From NCBI GenBank assembly GCA_937995745.1, contig CALKIU010000069.1:33337-97336 (forward strand): a DNA stretch of 64,000 bases, written 5' to 3'. Position 1 is the stretch's first letter; each line of letters begins with the position of its first letter. Shown here piece after piece: positions 26,368-37,494 of this stretch. A program made the translations under genes and the position numbers. Under the pieces are notes generated by a model. It saw only the letters and a list, made by a program, of their open reading frames with translations, was not told the origin of the DNA and made no database searches. Source of the stretch: an uncultured Bacillaceae bacterium (GTDB lineage Bacteria > Bacillota > Bacilli > Bacillales > Cytobacillaceae).

Positions 26368-27849
26368 ATGACATTGGAAACGCTTGTTATTGATTGTGTA
26401 AGCAGGGAAAAAAGGTTTGCATTCATCAAAGACGGATGTGTAGAAAAGTTTGTCATTCAACAGCCGCTCCAAGAGTCGGCTGTAGGCAATATTTATCTTG
26501 GGACGGTAACGCGGGTTCTTCCCGGCATGAATGCCGCTTTTGTCGATATCGGCACAGGCCAAAACGGCTACCTGCCGGCAGACAATATTCCTGCGTTGCG
26601 GGAGGACGGAAAGACGCGCCCCCTCCAATCGCTTGTCCATCAGGGCCAAAGGCTTTTGGTGCAAATAGACAAAGACCCGACCAGGGGGAAAGGTCCCCGG
26701 CTGACCGCCAATATAGAGTTTGCCGGAAATTTGATCGTATATATGCCAAAAGGAAAATATACCGCGGTTTCAAAAAAAATTACCGATCGGAATGCAAGGG
26801 AGAAATGGCGGAATTTTGCGGAAAAAATAAAAAAGGAAGAGGAGGGGCTGCTTTTCCGGACGGCATGCGAACAGGCATCCGAAGAGGATGTTTTTCGTGA
26901 ATTGGAAGGCCTGCGAGAGCAATACCGAAAACTGCTGCGCGATTCTCTGGAGTTGAAAAAACCCGGTTTACTGGCTGAAAGAAATTCGTTTCTTGACGCC
27001 ATCCGGGAAGAAATGCTGAAAATGGCCGAGGGAACCGTCATCTGCAATGATGCCGGATTGACGGCTGTTCTCCGGGAGATGAATAGAAACAAGCGGCTCA
27101 AGATTATCTTCCATCATGAAAAAGAAAATATATTTTCCGCATACATGTTAAATCATGAACTTGAGAAAGCATTGAAGAAAATGATCTGGCTGGACAACGG
27201 GGCCTATCTTGTTTTTGATGAAACAGAGGCGTTTACCGTCATTGATGTCAATACGGGCAAATATTCCGGCAAATGGGATCATAGGGATACAATTGTAAAA
27301 ACAAATGAAGCCGCCGCGGAGGAAATTGCCCGGCAAATCAGGTTGCGCGATTTGAGCGGAATGATTCTCATCGATTTTATTGATATGAAAGAAAAAGAGG
27401 ACGAAGAAAGAATTCTGGAAAAAATGAGGGCTGCCTTGACCCCTGATGAAAAAAGGACGCACATTGCCGGTTTTACCTCACTCGGTATTCTTCAACTGAC
27501 GCGAAAGCGGACGAACAGATCCCTTTCCGAACTGCTTACGGCACCGTGTCCCGCTTGCAACGGCACTGGCCGCGTGCTGAGTGTGGAAACGGTTGCTTTT
27601 CAACTGGAACGGGAATTGTGGGAATACAGAGGGGTGGATGCCGAAGCCGTTTTGATTGAAAGCACGGTGGAAGTGAGAAAGGCGTTTTGCGGCAGCGAAG
27701 ATGTCCACCGCAAGAGGCTTGAAGATGTCTTGGGATTTAAAATCGTTTTTATTGAAAAAGAAAGTCCCAAGCCGTTTTATTACATCAAGAGATGGGGAGA
27801 CTTTGCGGATATTGGCGGTTCCTTGGGAGAATCAGAAGATTTGTCGTGA
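26368..27849 (+). CDS. rng: Ribonuclease G/E family endoribonuclease
   Basis: S1 domain (GNIYLGTVTRVLPGMNAAFVDIG) and catalytic region (FDETEAFTVIDVNTG...ILIDFIDM). Start set at ATG 26368. Confidence 0.8.
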   Translation: MTLETLVIDCVSREKRFAFIKDGCVEKFVIQQPLQESAVGNIYLGTVTRVLPGMNAAFVDIGTGQNGYLPADNIPALREDGKTRPLQSLVHQGQRLLVQIDKDPTRGKGPRLTANIEFAGNLIVYMPKGKYTAVSKKITDRNAREKWRNFAEKIKKEEEGLLFRTACEQASEEDVFRELEGLREQYRKLLRDSLELKKPGLLAERNSFLDAIREEMLKMAEGTVICNDAGLTAVLREMNRNKRLKIIFHHEKENIFSAYMLNHELEKALKKMIWLDNGAYLVFDETEAFTVIDVNTGKYSGKWDHRDTIVKTNEAAAEEIARQIRLRDLSGMILIDFIDMKEKEDEERILEKMRAALTPDEKRTHIAGFTSLGILQLTRKRTNRSLSELLTAPCPACNGTGRVLSVETVAFQLERELWEYRGVDAEAVLIESTVEVRKAFCGSEDVHRKRLEDVLGFKIVFIEKESPKPFYYIKRWGDFADIGGSLGESEDLS

Positions 27850-27949
27850 TTTTCGGCTTCGGCTATGAAGACCGAAATCTACCCGCACATTTATGGAAAG
27901 CGCAACAAAGCACTTTTCAAGCAGTGTTTTGAACATTTTCGTTTGCATA

Positions 27950-27979
27950 TTGACATGTTGTTGGAAACTATGTTACTAT
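27950..27979 (+). promoter_or_regulatory. Candidate sigma-A promoter of rplU-prp-rpmA
   Basis: TTGACA-18 nt-TACTAT. Confidence 0.45.
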
Positions 27980-27984
27980 TCAAA

Positions 27985-28110
27985 TGTTATCTTCGTAGCA
28001 CCCGTGCTACAACCGCTCGGTACGGGTTACAAGTTCTCCTTTTGCATGCGCGGTTTTTTATCGCGCCGTTCAAAAGGATGACACCCGGTCTGGCGAGTCT
28101 TAGTAATTAA
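27985..28110 (+). ncRNA. Probable ribosomal protein L21 leader
   Basis: A ~125-nt structured untranslated leader between the promoter and the rplU RBS, in the position of the Firmicute L21 leader. Hairpins visible by eye: GTAGCACCCGTGCTAC and GCGCGGTTTTTTATCGCGC. Not checked against a covariance model. Confidence 0.4.
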
Positions 28111-28122
28111 GGAGGTGCAGAT

Positions 28123-28431
28123 ATGTACGCAATCATTGAAACAGGCGGAAAACAAATCAAGGTTGAAGAGGGCCAATCCATCTATGTGGAAAAGCTTGAT
28201 GCCCAGGAAGGTGAAACCGTCACGTTCGATAAGGTGTTGTTTGTAGGCGGTGAAAACATCAAAGTCGGCAACCCTGTTGTCGAAGGTGCCACTGTGACAG
28301 GAAAAGTTGAAAAACACGGGCGCGGAAAAAAGATTATTGTTTTCAAATATAAACCGAAGAAGAACTACCGCAAGAAACAAGGCCATCGTCAGCCGTATAC
28401 AAAAGTTTTGATTGAAAAAATCAACGCATGA
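28123..28431 (+). CDS. rplU: 50S ribosomal protein L21
   Basis: [25 protein letters not shown]... Confidence 0.95.
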   Translation: MYAIIETGGKQIKVEEGQSIYVEKLDAQEGETVTFDKVLFVGGENIKVGNPVVEGATVTGKVEKHGRGKKIIVFKYKPKKNYRKKQGHRQPYTKVLIEKINA

Positions 28432-28445
28432 TGGTGTGAAGGCTG

Positions 28446-29083
<638 letters not shown>

Positions 29084-29094
29084 CACGTTTTTAT

Positions 29095-29127
29095 AAAACT
29101 CTAGCCGTTTCGGTTAGAGTTTTTTCT
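29095..29127 (+). terminator. Intrinsic terminator after rpmA
   Basis: AAAACTCTAGCC gttt CGGTTAGAGTTTT followed by a T run. Confidence 0.7.
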
Positions 29128-29323
29128 TTTTCCCTTAAGTGACGCTGGTTTGCATTTCCGATTCCCCGAAAAAGGAAAGCCGCGGAGCCGTTTTTAAAGA
29201 GCCGGCGGTTTTTTGTTGTTTTCCATGCTTACGCTTTGTTATATTTTTGCTATACTAACAAAAAGAAGATTTTCATACGGGCTGTTTTCTTAAAAACGCG
29301 AAGGGGAATTTGGGAGTGCAAGT

Positions 29324-29875
29324 ATGAAAAAAGATTGGAATATCGTGGAAATTTTGAGGCACGCGCGCCACGATTGGTTGAACCGTGTCCAGTTGATCAA
29401 AGGATATATTTCATTGAATAATATTGAACGAGTGAATAAAATACTTGATGAAATCATCGCCGATGCCTATCAGGAATCCAAGTTGTCAAATATGAATATG
29501 CCTGAATTTGCTTCGCTTCTGTTGGTTTACAACTGGGAAAATCATAAAATACACCTGGAATACGAGGTTTTGGGCGAAGAACCGGGAAAAGGCTTGGCGG
29601 CTGACGATCATCTTTTGACAAAATGGACATCTTCCTTTTTGGACACATTAAGCTCATCCGTCGACGATTGTGCCGAAAATTGCTTAAGCATCACCATTGA
29701 AGAGGAAGATGGCGGATATCGTTTCTTTTTTGATTTTCGAGGAAGAATAATGGAGGAGTCAGCCGTTTTAAATTACTTGCGCCATCATTCTTCCATTGTG
29801 GACAAGATTCACGAGTATAATGAACAGGAGTTTACGTTTGAATTATTTTTGCCTTACATGAAAGTGAACGGATGA
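29324..29875 (+). CDS. spo0B: Sporulation initiation phosphotransferase B
   Basis: ILRHARHDWLNRVQLIKGYISL (phospho-His helix); positioned upstream of obg. Confidence 0.7.
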   Translation: MKKDWNIVEILRHARHDWLNRVQLIKGYISLNNIERVNKILDEIIADAYQESKLSNMNMPEFASLLLVYNWENHKIHLEYEVLGEEPGKGLAADDHLLTKWTSSFLDTLSSSVDDCAENCLSITIEEEDGGYRFFFDFRGRIMEESAVLNYLRHHSSIVDKIHEYNEQEFTFELFLPYMKVNG

Positions 29876-29943
29876 AGGGGAATATTGCGTACGGCCGGGC
29901 ATGGAGCGCCTTGTTCAAAAAAGTGACCGGGAGGTGATTTCAC

Positions 29944-31233
29944 ATGTTTGTTGATCAAGTAAAAATATATGTGAAAGGCGGAGACGGCGGTGACGGCATG
30001 GTTGCTTTCCGCCGTGAAAAGTATGTTCCCAAAGGGGGGCCGGCAGGCGGAGACGGAGGAAAAGGTGCCGATATCATTTTTGAAGTGGATGAAGGATTAA
30101 GAACGCTGATGGATTTCCGGTATAAGCGCCATTTTAAAGGCGCCCGGGGAGAAAACGGCATGTCGAAAAACCGCCATGGGAAAAATGCCCCCGATTTGAT
30201 TGTCAAGGTACCGCCGGGGACTGTGGTGACGGATTTGGAAACAAAACAAATCATTGCCGATTTAACCGTTCACGGTCAAAGGGCGGTCATTGCGAAAGGC
30301 GGCAGAGGGGGAAGAGGAAACACCCGGTTTGCAACGCCGGCCAACCCTGCCCCTGAGCACGCGGAAAAAGGAGAACCCGGGCAGGAACGGGAAGTGATGC
30401 TGGAATTAAAGCTTCTCGCCGATGCGGGTCTCGTAGGCTTTCCGAGCGTTGGAAAATCAACCATTTTGTCAGTCGTTACCGCGGCAAAACCGAAAATCGC
30501 CGATTATCATTTTACAACGCTAGTTCCCAATCTTGGGGTTGTCGAAACGGCAGACGGCCGCAGTTTCGTTCTTGCCGACTTGCCCGGCTTGATCGAGGGT
30601 GCCCATGCCGGGGCGGGGCTGGGACATCAGTTTCTCAGACATATAGAAAGAACGAGGGTCATAGTTCATGTAATTGATATGGCGGCCATCGAAGGCAGAG
30701 ATCCTTACGAAGATTACGTGACTATCAATAAGGAACTGGAACAATATAATTTGCGTTTATTGGAACGGCCGCAAATCATTGTCGCCAATAAGATGGATAT
30801 GCCAGGTGCGGAAGAAAATTTGCAGAAGTTTCTTGAGAAGTATCAAGACGATTATCCGGTTTTCCCTGTTTCCGCTTTGACAAAGAAGGGCTTGAAGGAA
30901 GTCTTGTTTGCGATTGCGGATACCTTGGAAAAGACGCCGGAGTTTCCGTTATGGCGCGATGAAATGGAGGAGGGCGTTAACCGGGTCATTTACAAACATG
31001 AACCGGATAAGAAGGAGTTTGAAATTACCCGCGATCCGGACGGAAGCTTTGTCCTTAGCGGGGAAGCCGTAGAGCGATTGTTTAAGATGACTGATTTTTC
31101 AAGAGATGAGTCTGTCCGCCGTTTTGCCAGACAGCTTCGCCGAATGGGCGTGGATGATGCCCTCAGGGAACGGGGGGCCAAACACGGTGACACAGTCAGA
31201 TTGCTCGGTTTTGAGTTCGAATTTGTCGAATAG
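29944..31233 (+). CDS. obg: GTPase Obg/CgtA
   Basis: [39 protein letters not shown]..., G1 motif [10 protein letters not shown]-terminal TGS-like OCT domain. Confidence 0.95.
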   Translation: MFVDQVKIYVKGGDGGDGMVAFRREKYVPKGGPAGGDGGKGADIIFEVDEGLRTLMDFRYKRHFKGARGENGMSKNRHGKNAPDLIVKVPPGTVVTDLETKQIIADLTVHGQRAVIAKGGRGGRGNTRFATPANPAPEHAEKGEPGQEREVMLELKLLADAGLVGFPSVGKSTILSVVTAAKPKIADYHFTTLVPNLGVVETADGRSFVLADLPGLIEGAHAGAGLGHQFLRHIERTRVIVHVIDMAAIEGRDPYEDYVTINKELEQYNLRLLERPQIIVANKMDMPGAEENLQKFLEKYQDDYPVFPVSALTKKGLKEVLFAIADTLEKTPEFPLWRDEMEEGVNRVIYKHEPDKKEFEITRDPDGSFVLSGEAVERLFKMTDFSRDESVRRFARQLRRMGVDDALRERGAKHGDTVRLLGFEFEFVE

Positions 31234-31310
31234 CGTCTTTGGTTGTCTGGTCGAAATAAGGATGTCCACGGGATGAACGATTAGGCCGGGAAAGGGGAAG
31301 CGGTGGAAGA

Positions 31311-31757
31311 ATGGGACACGATTGGAAATTTTATTTGGTTCGGGAAGATGTTCTTCCGGAAGCGATGAAAAAGACGTTGGAAGCAAAGGAAATGCTTGAA
31401 AGAGGCAAAGTGGATAAAATCGGCGATGCCGTGCAAAAAGTGAATTTAAGCCGGAGCGCCTTCTACAAATACCGCGATACGGTCTTTCCGTTCCATACCA
31501 TTGCGAAAGAGCGGCTGGTGTCCTTGTCCGTTTATCTCGAAGACCGTTCCGGCACATTGTCAAAGTTGCTCAGCATTGTCGCCGAATCAGGGTGCAATGT
31601 GTTGACGATTCATCAAACGATTCCGCTGCAGGGGAGGGCGAACGTCACTCTTTCCTTAAATACGAGCGGGATGAAAATAGAGTTTAATGAATTTTTGTCC
31701 CGATTGAGAAAATTGGAATTTGTTGAAAAAGTCGAGGTGCTGGGAACCGGGGTTTGA
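31311..31757 (+). CDS. pheB: ACT-domain protein PheB
   Basis: [24 protein letters not shown]... plus a C-terminal ACT domain. Confidence 0.8.
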   Translation: MGHDWKFYLVREDVLPEAMKKTLEAKEMLERGKVDKIGDAVQKVNLSRSAFYKYRDTVFPFHTIAKERLVSLSVYLEDRSGTLSKLLSIVAESGCNVLTIHQTIPLQGRANVTLSLNTSGMKIEFNEFLSRLRKLEFVEKVEVLGTGV

Positions 31758-31778
31758 CTTTCCCGGTCCTGTTTTTTG
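31743..31778 (+). terminator. Putative terminator overlapping the pheB stop
   Basis: GGAACCGGG...CCCGGTCC hairpin followed by TGTTTTTTG. Confidence 0.45.
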
Positions 31779-32046
31779 TTTTGACGGTTTTCTGAAGCTT
31801 TTTATTTTTGTATACTAAAATGGACGATTTTTGCCCGATTGGTTGCGAAAAAATAAACCGGGGAGCAGCTTGGTCGTTCTTGTCACCAAAAGGTGCGTAT
31901 GACTTTCGTCACTTCATGTGCTGTTTCCCTAACGGGCCGCGGGCGGTCCGACCGTACCGGAAGCGGGATTGCTTAATCATCTCGCATGAACAAAATGTCA
32001 TGAATGGTTTGCATGCTTGTCGTTTGGGAGGGGGAAACCTGTTAAT

Positions 32047-32907
32047 ATGAAAATCGCATTCTTGGGTCCAAAAGCTACTTTCACGGATGTTGCCGTGCGG
32101 GGCATGTTTCCCGATGATATTGCTGTTCCGTATATGACCATACCGGACTGCATTGATGCCGTGATTAACGGGGAAGCGCATTTATGCGTGGTGCCTTTGG
32201 AAAACGCCTTGGAAGGTTCGGTTAATATTACGATAGATTATTTGGTTCATGAAACGACGCAATTGCCCGTGATTGGGGAAATTACGGCCCCCATTCAGCA
32301 GCATTTGCTTGTACATCCCGATCACCTTGATCATTGGGAAAAAATTGAGACAGTATACAGCCATCCCCATGCCATGGCACAATGTCATAAATTTTTACAT
32401 AAGCATTTTAAAAACGCAGCCCGGGTGCATATGACCAGCACGGCAGCGGCGGCAAAATATGTGCATGAACATCCGGAAGAAAAAGCGGCTGCGATCGCCA
32501 ATGAGCTGGCCGCCCGGGAATACGGTCTGGCGATTGCGAAACGCAATATTCATGATTTGGATTTTAACCACACCCGGTTTATTATTTTGTCAAAAAGCGC
32601 AATGGATTTATCCGGATATTCGCTGCCGGTGCAAAGATACAAAACAACGTTGATGGTGACGTTGCCTGATGACCGTTCCGGCGCATTGCATCAAGTATTG
32701 TCCGCTTTTGCGTGGCGGAAATTGAACTTGTCCAAAATCGAATCCCGGCCGACAAAGACCGGATTGGGCAATTACTTTTTCATTATTGATGTGGATATGA
32801 AGATGGATGAGGTTCTCATTCCCGGTGCGATTGCCGAATTGGAAGCTCTCGGTTGCACTGTCAAAGTGCTCGGAAGCTATCCTTCTTTTCAAATAAAGGA
32901 ATCATAA
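32047..32907 (+). CDS. pheA: Prephenate dehydratase
   Basis: MKIAFLGPKATFTD..., TRF motif (NHTRFIIL), ESRP motif (SKIESRPTK), C-terminal ACT domain. GGGAGGGGG RBS. Confidence 0.9.
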   Translation: MKIAFLGPKATFTDVAVRGMFPDDIAVPYMTIPDCIDAVINGEAHLCVVPLENALEGSVNITIDYLVHETTQLPVIGEITAPIQQHLLVHPDHLDHWEKIETVYSHPHAMAQCHKFLHKHFKNAARVHMTSTAAAAKYVHEHPEEKAAAIANELAAREYGLAIAKRNIHDLDFNHTRFIILSKSAMDLSGYSLPVQRYKTTLMVTLPDDRSGALHQVLSAFAWRKLNLSKIESRPTKTGLGNYFFIIDVDMKMDEVLIPGAIAELEALGCTVKVLGSYPSFQIKES

Positions 32908-32937
32908 TCTTCTAAACATGGCCCTCAAAGGATCAGA

Positions 32938-32990
32938 AAAAGCAAGCGGAAAAAGTTTAGTCTTATCTCCGCTTGCTTTATTGATTTTTG
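32938..32990. terminator. Bidirectional terminator between convergent pheA and niaR
   Basis: AAAGCAAGCGGA ... TCCGCTTGCTTT hairpin flanked by A/T runs on both strands. Confidence 0.55.
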
Positions 32991-33000
32991 GCACCGTTCG

Positions 33001-33540
33001 TTATTCTTGATCTTCTTTTACAAGGAAGCCCGCTGATTTAAGGGCGCGGACCGCTTGTTCGAGAGCTTCTTCCGAGGGGGCGGATATCGTGTGGAGATGG
33101 ATGCCGTTCGTCAGTTCAGAAAGAAGAGATGAGCCGGTTTCTTTAATTTGCTGCATGAATTGTTTCACTTCCATGCGGTTGGAAACCATGATGGAAGCGG
33201 TTATTTCTCCGTAGACGGAATGTTCCACGGTCACATTCTGGACAGTGACACCGTGATCCACCAACAGATTCAATTCTGCTTCCGTCTCTTCCGGTGTATG
33301 TTGGCAGACAATTGTTTTTTCAAACTCCGGACCGCTCTTTCTTATATAAAGATAGCCCTGGCTGGTGGCGATAATCGGTTCCCCTTTTGCCCTTAGCAGG
33401 GAAATGTCGCCTACAATCACCTGTCTGCTAACGTTCGTTTTTTCCGCCATTTCTCTTCCGGTGACCGGACCCCCGCTGCTTTTTAAAAGCCGCAAAATAA
33501 ATTTTCTTCTTTCATCGGCGGGCATCTTTTTTGACTCCAT
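33001..33540 (-). CDS. niaR: NAD-biosynthesis repressor NiaR (YrxA; HTH + 3H domain)
   Basis: ERRKFILRLLKSSGGPVTGREMAEKTNVSRQVIVGDISLLRAKGEPIIATSQGY plus a 3H domain with conserved His residues. Confidence 0.8.
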   Translation of the reverse strand: MESKKMPADERRKFILRLLKSSGGPVTGREMAEKTNVSRQVIVGDISLLRAKGEPIIATSQGYLYIRKSGPEFEKTIVCQHTPEETEAELNLLVDHGVTVQNVTVEHSVYGEITASIMVSNRMEVKQFMQQIKETGSSLLSELTNGIHLHTISAPSEEALEQAVRALKSAGFLVKEDQE

Positions 33541-33664
33541 AGGCGAGATTCTCCTTAATTATGTTGATATTTGTCCGAAGTGCCTTGTCTTCGCAACTTT
33601 CAGCCGAAAAGGGAAACAACGCAAAGGAAAAAAGAGTGAAAATCCGTACGGCAGATTGCCATTT

Positions 33665-34816
33665 TCAGCTTTTGTCGCCCCGGACCGCCTCTTTGGCAAT
33701 AATTTCGTTTATTAATTGACCAAACTTGCGGATATCTTCTTCCTTAGTGTCTTTTCCAAAGGAAATGCGGATAAATTCTTTAGCGGTTTTTTCCGGGATC
33801 CCCATGGCTGTCATCGTATTCGACGGGGCTTGTTTGCCCGTATGGCAGGCGCTCCCGGTTGAGATGGCAAAGCCGTTTCTGTTGCATTCCAGCATGACCC
33901 ATTGTCCTTCGACGCCCCGGATTCCCATTCCGATGATCGACGGAAGTTGGGACGTTTCCGGTCCTTCGTAAACGGTAACATATTTTCGATACGGTTTGAT
34001 GGTTTCTAAAAAACATTGGCGGAGATGCCGGAAATGGGACAGATTTTTTTCCATGTTCCGATAAGCTTTTTCAGCTGCAACCGTCATGGCCGCTATGGCC
34101 GGTACATTGACGGTCCCCGGCCGCAGCCCCTTTTCATGGGTTGCCCCCGGATAATAAGGCTTCCAATTGAGGCGGGGATGAATATACACGGCACCGATTC
34201 CTTTCGGCCCGTAAAATTTGTGGCCGGATAAGGAGAAACCGTCCAGATATTCGACAGATTCTTTAAAGTCGATTTTTCCAAAAGCTTGTACACCGTCACT
34301 GTGGAATAGGACGCCGTGTTTGCGGCAAATCTTTCCGATTTCCCGTATTGGCTGGATCGTGCCGATTTCAGGGTTAATATATTGGATGGAAACGAGGACG
34401 GTGTCATCGCGGATTGCTTTTTCCAACTGCACCAAGTCGATGAGCCCCTTCTCATTTAAAGGGAGGTATGTGACTTCGTATCCGCGCTCTTTGATTTTTT
34501 CAAAAACCCCCCTCACGGAAGAATGTTCCGCCCATCCCGTGATGACGTGTTTCCCCTTTTTTTCCGCGGCTGACAGAAGGGCTTGCACGGCTAAATAATT
34601 GCTTTCCGACCCGCCGCTCGTAAAATATATTCCATCTTTTGAAAAACCTGTCAGTTCAGAAAATTTCTCCCGGCACGCCTCGAGAAGCCGCTCGGCGGTG
34701 CTGCCGATGTCATGAAGGCTGCTGGAGTTGCCGTAGTATTTTGTCGCAATTTGAATGTATGTTTCGGCCGCTTCCTCATCAAGGGGGGATGTGGCCGCAA
34801 AATCCAAATATAGCAT
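33665..34816 (-). CDS. nifS: Cysteine desulfurase NifS (NAD-biosynthesis associated)
   Basis: Class V aminotransferase: SGHKFYGPKGIG (PLP-Lys) and STGSACHTG (active-site Cys). Divergent from nadB, as in B. subtilis. Confidence 0.85.
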   Translation of the reverse strand: MLYLDFAATSPLDEEAAETYIQIATKYYGNSSSLHDIGSTAERLLEACREKFSELTGFSKDGIYFTSGGSESNYLAVQALLSAAEKKGKHVITGWAEHSSVRGVFEKIKERGYEVTYLPLNEKGLIDLVQLEKAIRDDTVLVSIQYINPEIGTIQPIREIGKICRKHGVLFHSDGVQAFGKIDFKESVEYLDGFSLSGHKFYGPKGIGAVYIHPRLNWKPYYPGATHEKGLRPGTVNVPAIAAMTVAAEKAYRNMEKNLSHFRHLRQCFLETIKPYRKYVTVYEGPETSQLPSIIGMGIRGVEGQWVMLECNRNGFAISTGSACHTGKQAPSNTMTAMGIPEKTAKEFIRISFGKDTKEEDIRKFGQLINEIIAKEAVRGDKS

Positions 34817-34881
34817 TTTATTCCGTTACCTCCCAACTTGTCATATTAAAAATTTTGACTTAATATTAAGGGTATGTAAAG

Positions 34882-34897
34882 AAAGGTGTCAAGACAT
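34882..34897. promoter_or_regulatory. Candidate NiaR operator in the nifS/nadB divergent region
   Basis: Palindrome-like GGTGTCaaGACAtg (TGTC/GACA arms) 20 nt upstream of the nadB start. A second TGTCA...TTGAC pair lies at 34846..34866. Assignment rests on my recollection of the NiaR motif. Confidence 0.3.
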
Positions 34898-34916
34898 GAA
34901 GCCCGGAGGTAAAAAC

Positions 34917-36512
34917 ATGGAGAAGTGCACACAAGTGCTGATTATTGGCAGCGGGGTGGCTGCTTTACAGTTGGCAAAAAATTTACGCCCGGACGTAAAT
35001 GTTACGATCTTAACAAAGTCAAACGTATTGCACGGAAATTCGGCGCTTGCGCAGGGCGGGGTCGCAGCCGCGCTGGCGGAAAACGATGATCCGTACAAAC
35101 ACTTTAAGGATACCATAATCGCCGGAAGTTATCACAACGATGAGGAAGCTGTTTTACAGATGACGAAAGCAGCACCTTCGCTCATCCGGGAACTTTTTCA
35201 AGAAGGTTGCTCTTTTGATGTAGATAGCGGCGGAAACCTTTGCCTCGGAATGGAAGGAGCCCACAGCGAGAAAAGAATCGTCCACGGCGGCGGTGACGCA
35301 ACCGGAAAACGAATCATGGATTTTCTGTATGAAAGCGTGAAGGCAAGAGACAGCGTCACGATTCTGGAAAATATGACCGTGTTCGAGTTAATGGTCGACG
35401 GCAACAAATGCATCGGCGCAAAAGCGAAACATCCGGACGGAACCGTGGTCCGGATTTACAGTGAGCATACCGTTTTGGCGACAGGCGGGGGCGGACAGCT
35501 GTACAGTTTCACCCCCTGTGCGGAAACGGCCACGGGAGACGGAATCGCTCTTGCATACCGGGCCGGAGCGGAAATTTCTGATATGGAATTTATCCAATTT
35601 CATCCGACGCTCCTTTATGTTGAAGGAAAAGGGCGTGGTCTTATTTCGGAAGCGGTCCGTGGCGAGGGCGCGGTTCTCGTCTCGGAAGACGGAACAAAAA
35701 TTATGGAAGGGGTCCACCCCCTCAAAGATTTGGCTCCCCGTCATGTTGTGGCCCAAACGATCTACGATTACTTAAAACGGGGCCTTAAAGTTTATTTGGA
35801 TATTGGCCGGATCGATAACTTTGAAGAACGTTTTCCAACGATTACCGCCATGTGCAGGGAACATCATATCGATCTTTCAAAAGGCATGATACCTGTGGTT
35901 CCCGGCTGCCATTTTTTCATGGGCGGCGTAAAAACGGATCTGTATGGCCGGACGAATATTGAAGGCTTGTATGCGATCGGCGAGGTGGCCCGGACCGGTA
36001 TCCACGGCGCCAACCGGCTCGCCAGCAATTCCTTGTTGGAAGGCCTCTTTTTTGGGAAAAAACTGGCCGGATTGATTAATTCTCTTTGCGGGAAAAAGGC
36101 CGCTATTCCTTCCTTCCGTCAGCGGGAAAGAAAGGTTTCCCCCGTAGAAACGCTCCAACTTCCCGATGTCCGGGAATTAAAGGAGAACATGATGTCCCGC
36201 GTCGGGATTGTAAGAACGGAAACGGGACTTAAAGAACAGAAACAATGGCTGGAAAGTTTTTCTATAGAAAAATGGCTTGAGGCGGAACTTGATCATTTGT
36301 CCCCCGGACAAATTGAGAGGGTGTTTATGCTGATCACCTCCTGGTTGATCACTGTTTCTGCATTGGAACGGACAGAATCGAGAGGCGGCCATTTCCGCAG
36401 CGATTATCCGTTTGCCGACGATTCCCGGTGGCTGAAGAAGGAAATTATTCACAAAAGAACAGGAGCAAAGGATGGAAGGTATGAACAAATTAAAACTGCG
36501 CAAACTCCTTGA
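34917..36512 (+). CDS. nadB: L-aspartate oxidase
   Basis: VLIIGSGVAALQLA FAD-binding motif; 531 aa from ATG 34917 (GGAGGT 6 nt upstream). Confidence 0.9.
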   Translation: MEKCTQVLIIGSGVAALQLAKNLRPDVNVTILTKSNVLHGNSALAQGGVAAALAENDDPYKHFKDTIIAGSYHNDEEAVLQMTKAAPSLIRELFQEGCSFDVDSGGNLCLGMEGAHSEKRIVHGGGDATGKRIMDFLYESVKARDSVTILENMTVFELMVDGNKCIGAKAKHPDGTVVRIYSEHTVLATGGGGQLYSFTPCAETATGDGIALAYRAGAEISDMEFIQFHPTLLYVEGKGRGLISEAVRGEGAVLVSEDGTKIMEGVHPLKDLAPRHVVAQTIYDYLKRGLKVYLDIGRIDNFEERFPTITAMCREHHIDLSKGMIPVVPGCHFFMGGVKTDLYGRTNIEGLYAIGEVARTGIHGANRLASNSLLEGLFFGKKLAGLINSLCGKKAAIPSFRQRERKVSPVETLQLPDVRELKENMMSRVGIVRTETGLKEQKQWLESFSIEKWLEAELDHLSPGQIERVFMLITSWLITVSALERTESRGGHFRSDYPFADDSRWLKKEIIHKRTGAKDGRYEQIKTAQTP

Positions 36513-37323
36513 ACAGTTTTTCCTCGAAGATATTGGCGAACAAGATGTGACAAGCGATCTTATTTTTCCGGAAGAAGAGCAAGGCGAAATTGTTTTTATC
36601 GCAAAGGAAAGCGGGGTATTTTGCGGAAAGGATGTCATTTGCACCGGCTTCCGGATTTTAAATGAACGCGTCGAAATTGATATGAAAGTCAACGACGGCG
36701 ATCCTTTTCAAAAAGGAGACAGGCTTGCCGTTGTCCGCGGAAATGTCGCAGACTTGTTGAAAGGGGAACGGGTGGTCCTCAATCTCGTTCAACGGATGAG
36801 CGGCATTGCCACGACGACCCGCCGGGCGGTCGAATTACTGGGCGATGTCAAGACAAGAATTGCCGACACGAGAAAAACAACGCCCGGATTGAGAATGCTG
36901 GAAAAATATGCTGTAAGGACAGGCGGCGGTTTTAATCACCGCTTCGGACTGTATGACGGCGTGATGATTAAAGACAATCACATTTCTTTTGCCGGTTCAA
37001 TCACCAATGCTGTCCAACGGGTGAGGGAAAAGCTCGGCCACATGGTTAAAATCGAGGTGGAAATCGAAACGAAAGACCAACTCCTTGAAGCCATTGAAGC
37101 GGGCGTTGACGTGATCATGTTTGATAACCGCAGTCCGCAAGAGATTAAAGAATGGATTTCTCTTGTTCCGGACGGAATTGTCACGGAAGCATCGGGGGGA
37201 ATCACGTTGGAAAACCTTGCTGACTACAAGGATACAGGGGTAGATGTCATTTCATTGGGATTCCTGACCCATACCGTCAAATCTTTGGATATTAGCGTAA
37301 AAATGAATGTGTTCAAAGATTAA
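36472..37323 (+). CDS. nadC: Nicotinate-nucleotide pyrophosphorylase (quinolinate phosphoribosyltransferase)
   Basis: FLEDIG..DVTS...RKTTPGLR...MIKDNH...MFDN motifs; overlaps the nadB end. Confidence 0.9.
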   Translation: MEGMNKLKLRKLLEQFFLEDIGEQDVTSDLIFPEEEQGEIVFIAKESGVFCGKDVICTGFRILNERVEIDMKVNDGDPFQKGDRLAVVRGNVADLLKGERVVLNLVQRMSGIATTTRRAVELLGDVKTRIADTRKTTPGLRMLEKYAVRTGGGFNHRFGLYDGVMIKDNHISFAGSITNAVQRVREKLGHMVKIEVEIETKDQLLEAIEAGVDVIMFDNRSPQEIKEWISLVPDGIVTEASGGITLENLADYKDTGVDVISLGFLTHTVKSLDISVKMNVFKD

Positions 37324-37410
37324 CCCGTTTCCGCCGTCCGGCTGAAATGTCTTCATTTGCCCCGCCGACAAAGTGACAAAAGTCACCGTCGACTGCAAAC
37401 CAATCCCGTT

Positions 37411-37434
37411 ATGTAAATATGTAAATATGTAAAT
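37411..37434. repeat. Tandem repeat (ATGTAAAT) x3
   Basis: Three perfect 8-nt units read directly in the nadC-nadA spacer. Confidence 0.9.
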
Positions 37435-37494
37435 AGGTTTATCCGGGAAAATCGACGGATCGCCCGGAATAACGGTGAATTTGTTCACAATTTG

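Noticed and set aside
31808-32050. 80-aa ORF in the pheB-pheA spacer as a Phe-rich attenuator leader peptide
   Set aside because: It is far too long for a leader peptide, has no Phe run, no RBS, and overlaps the pheA start.
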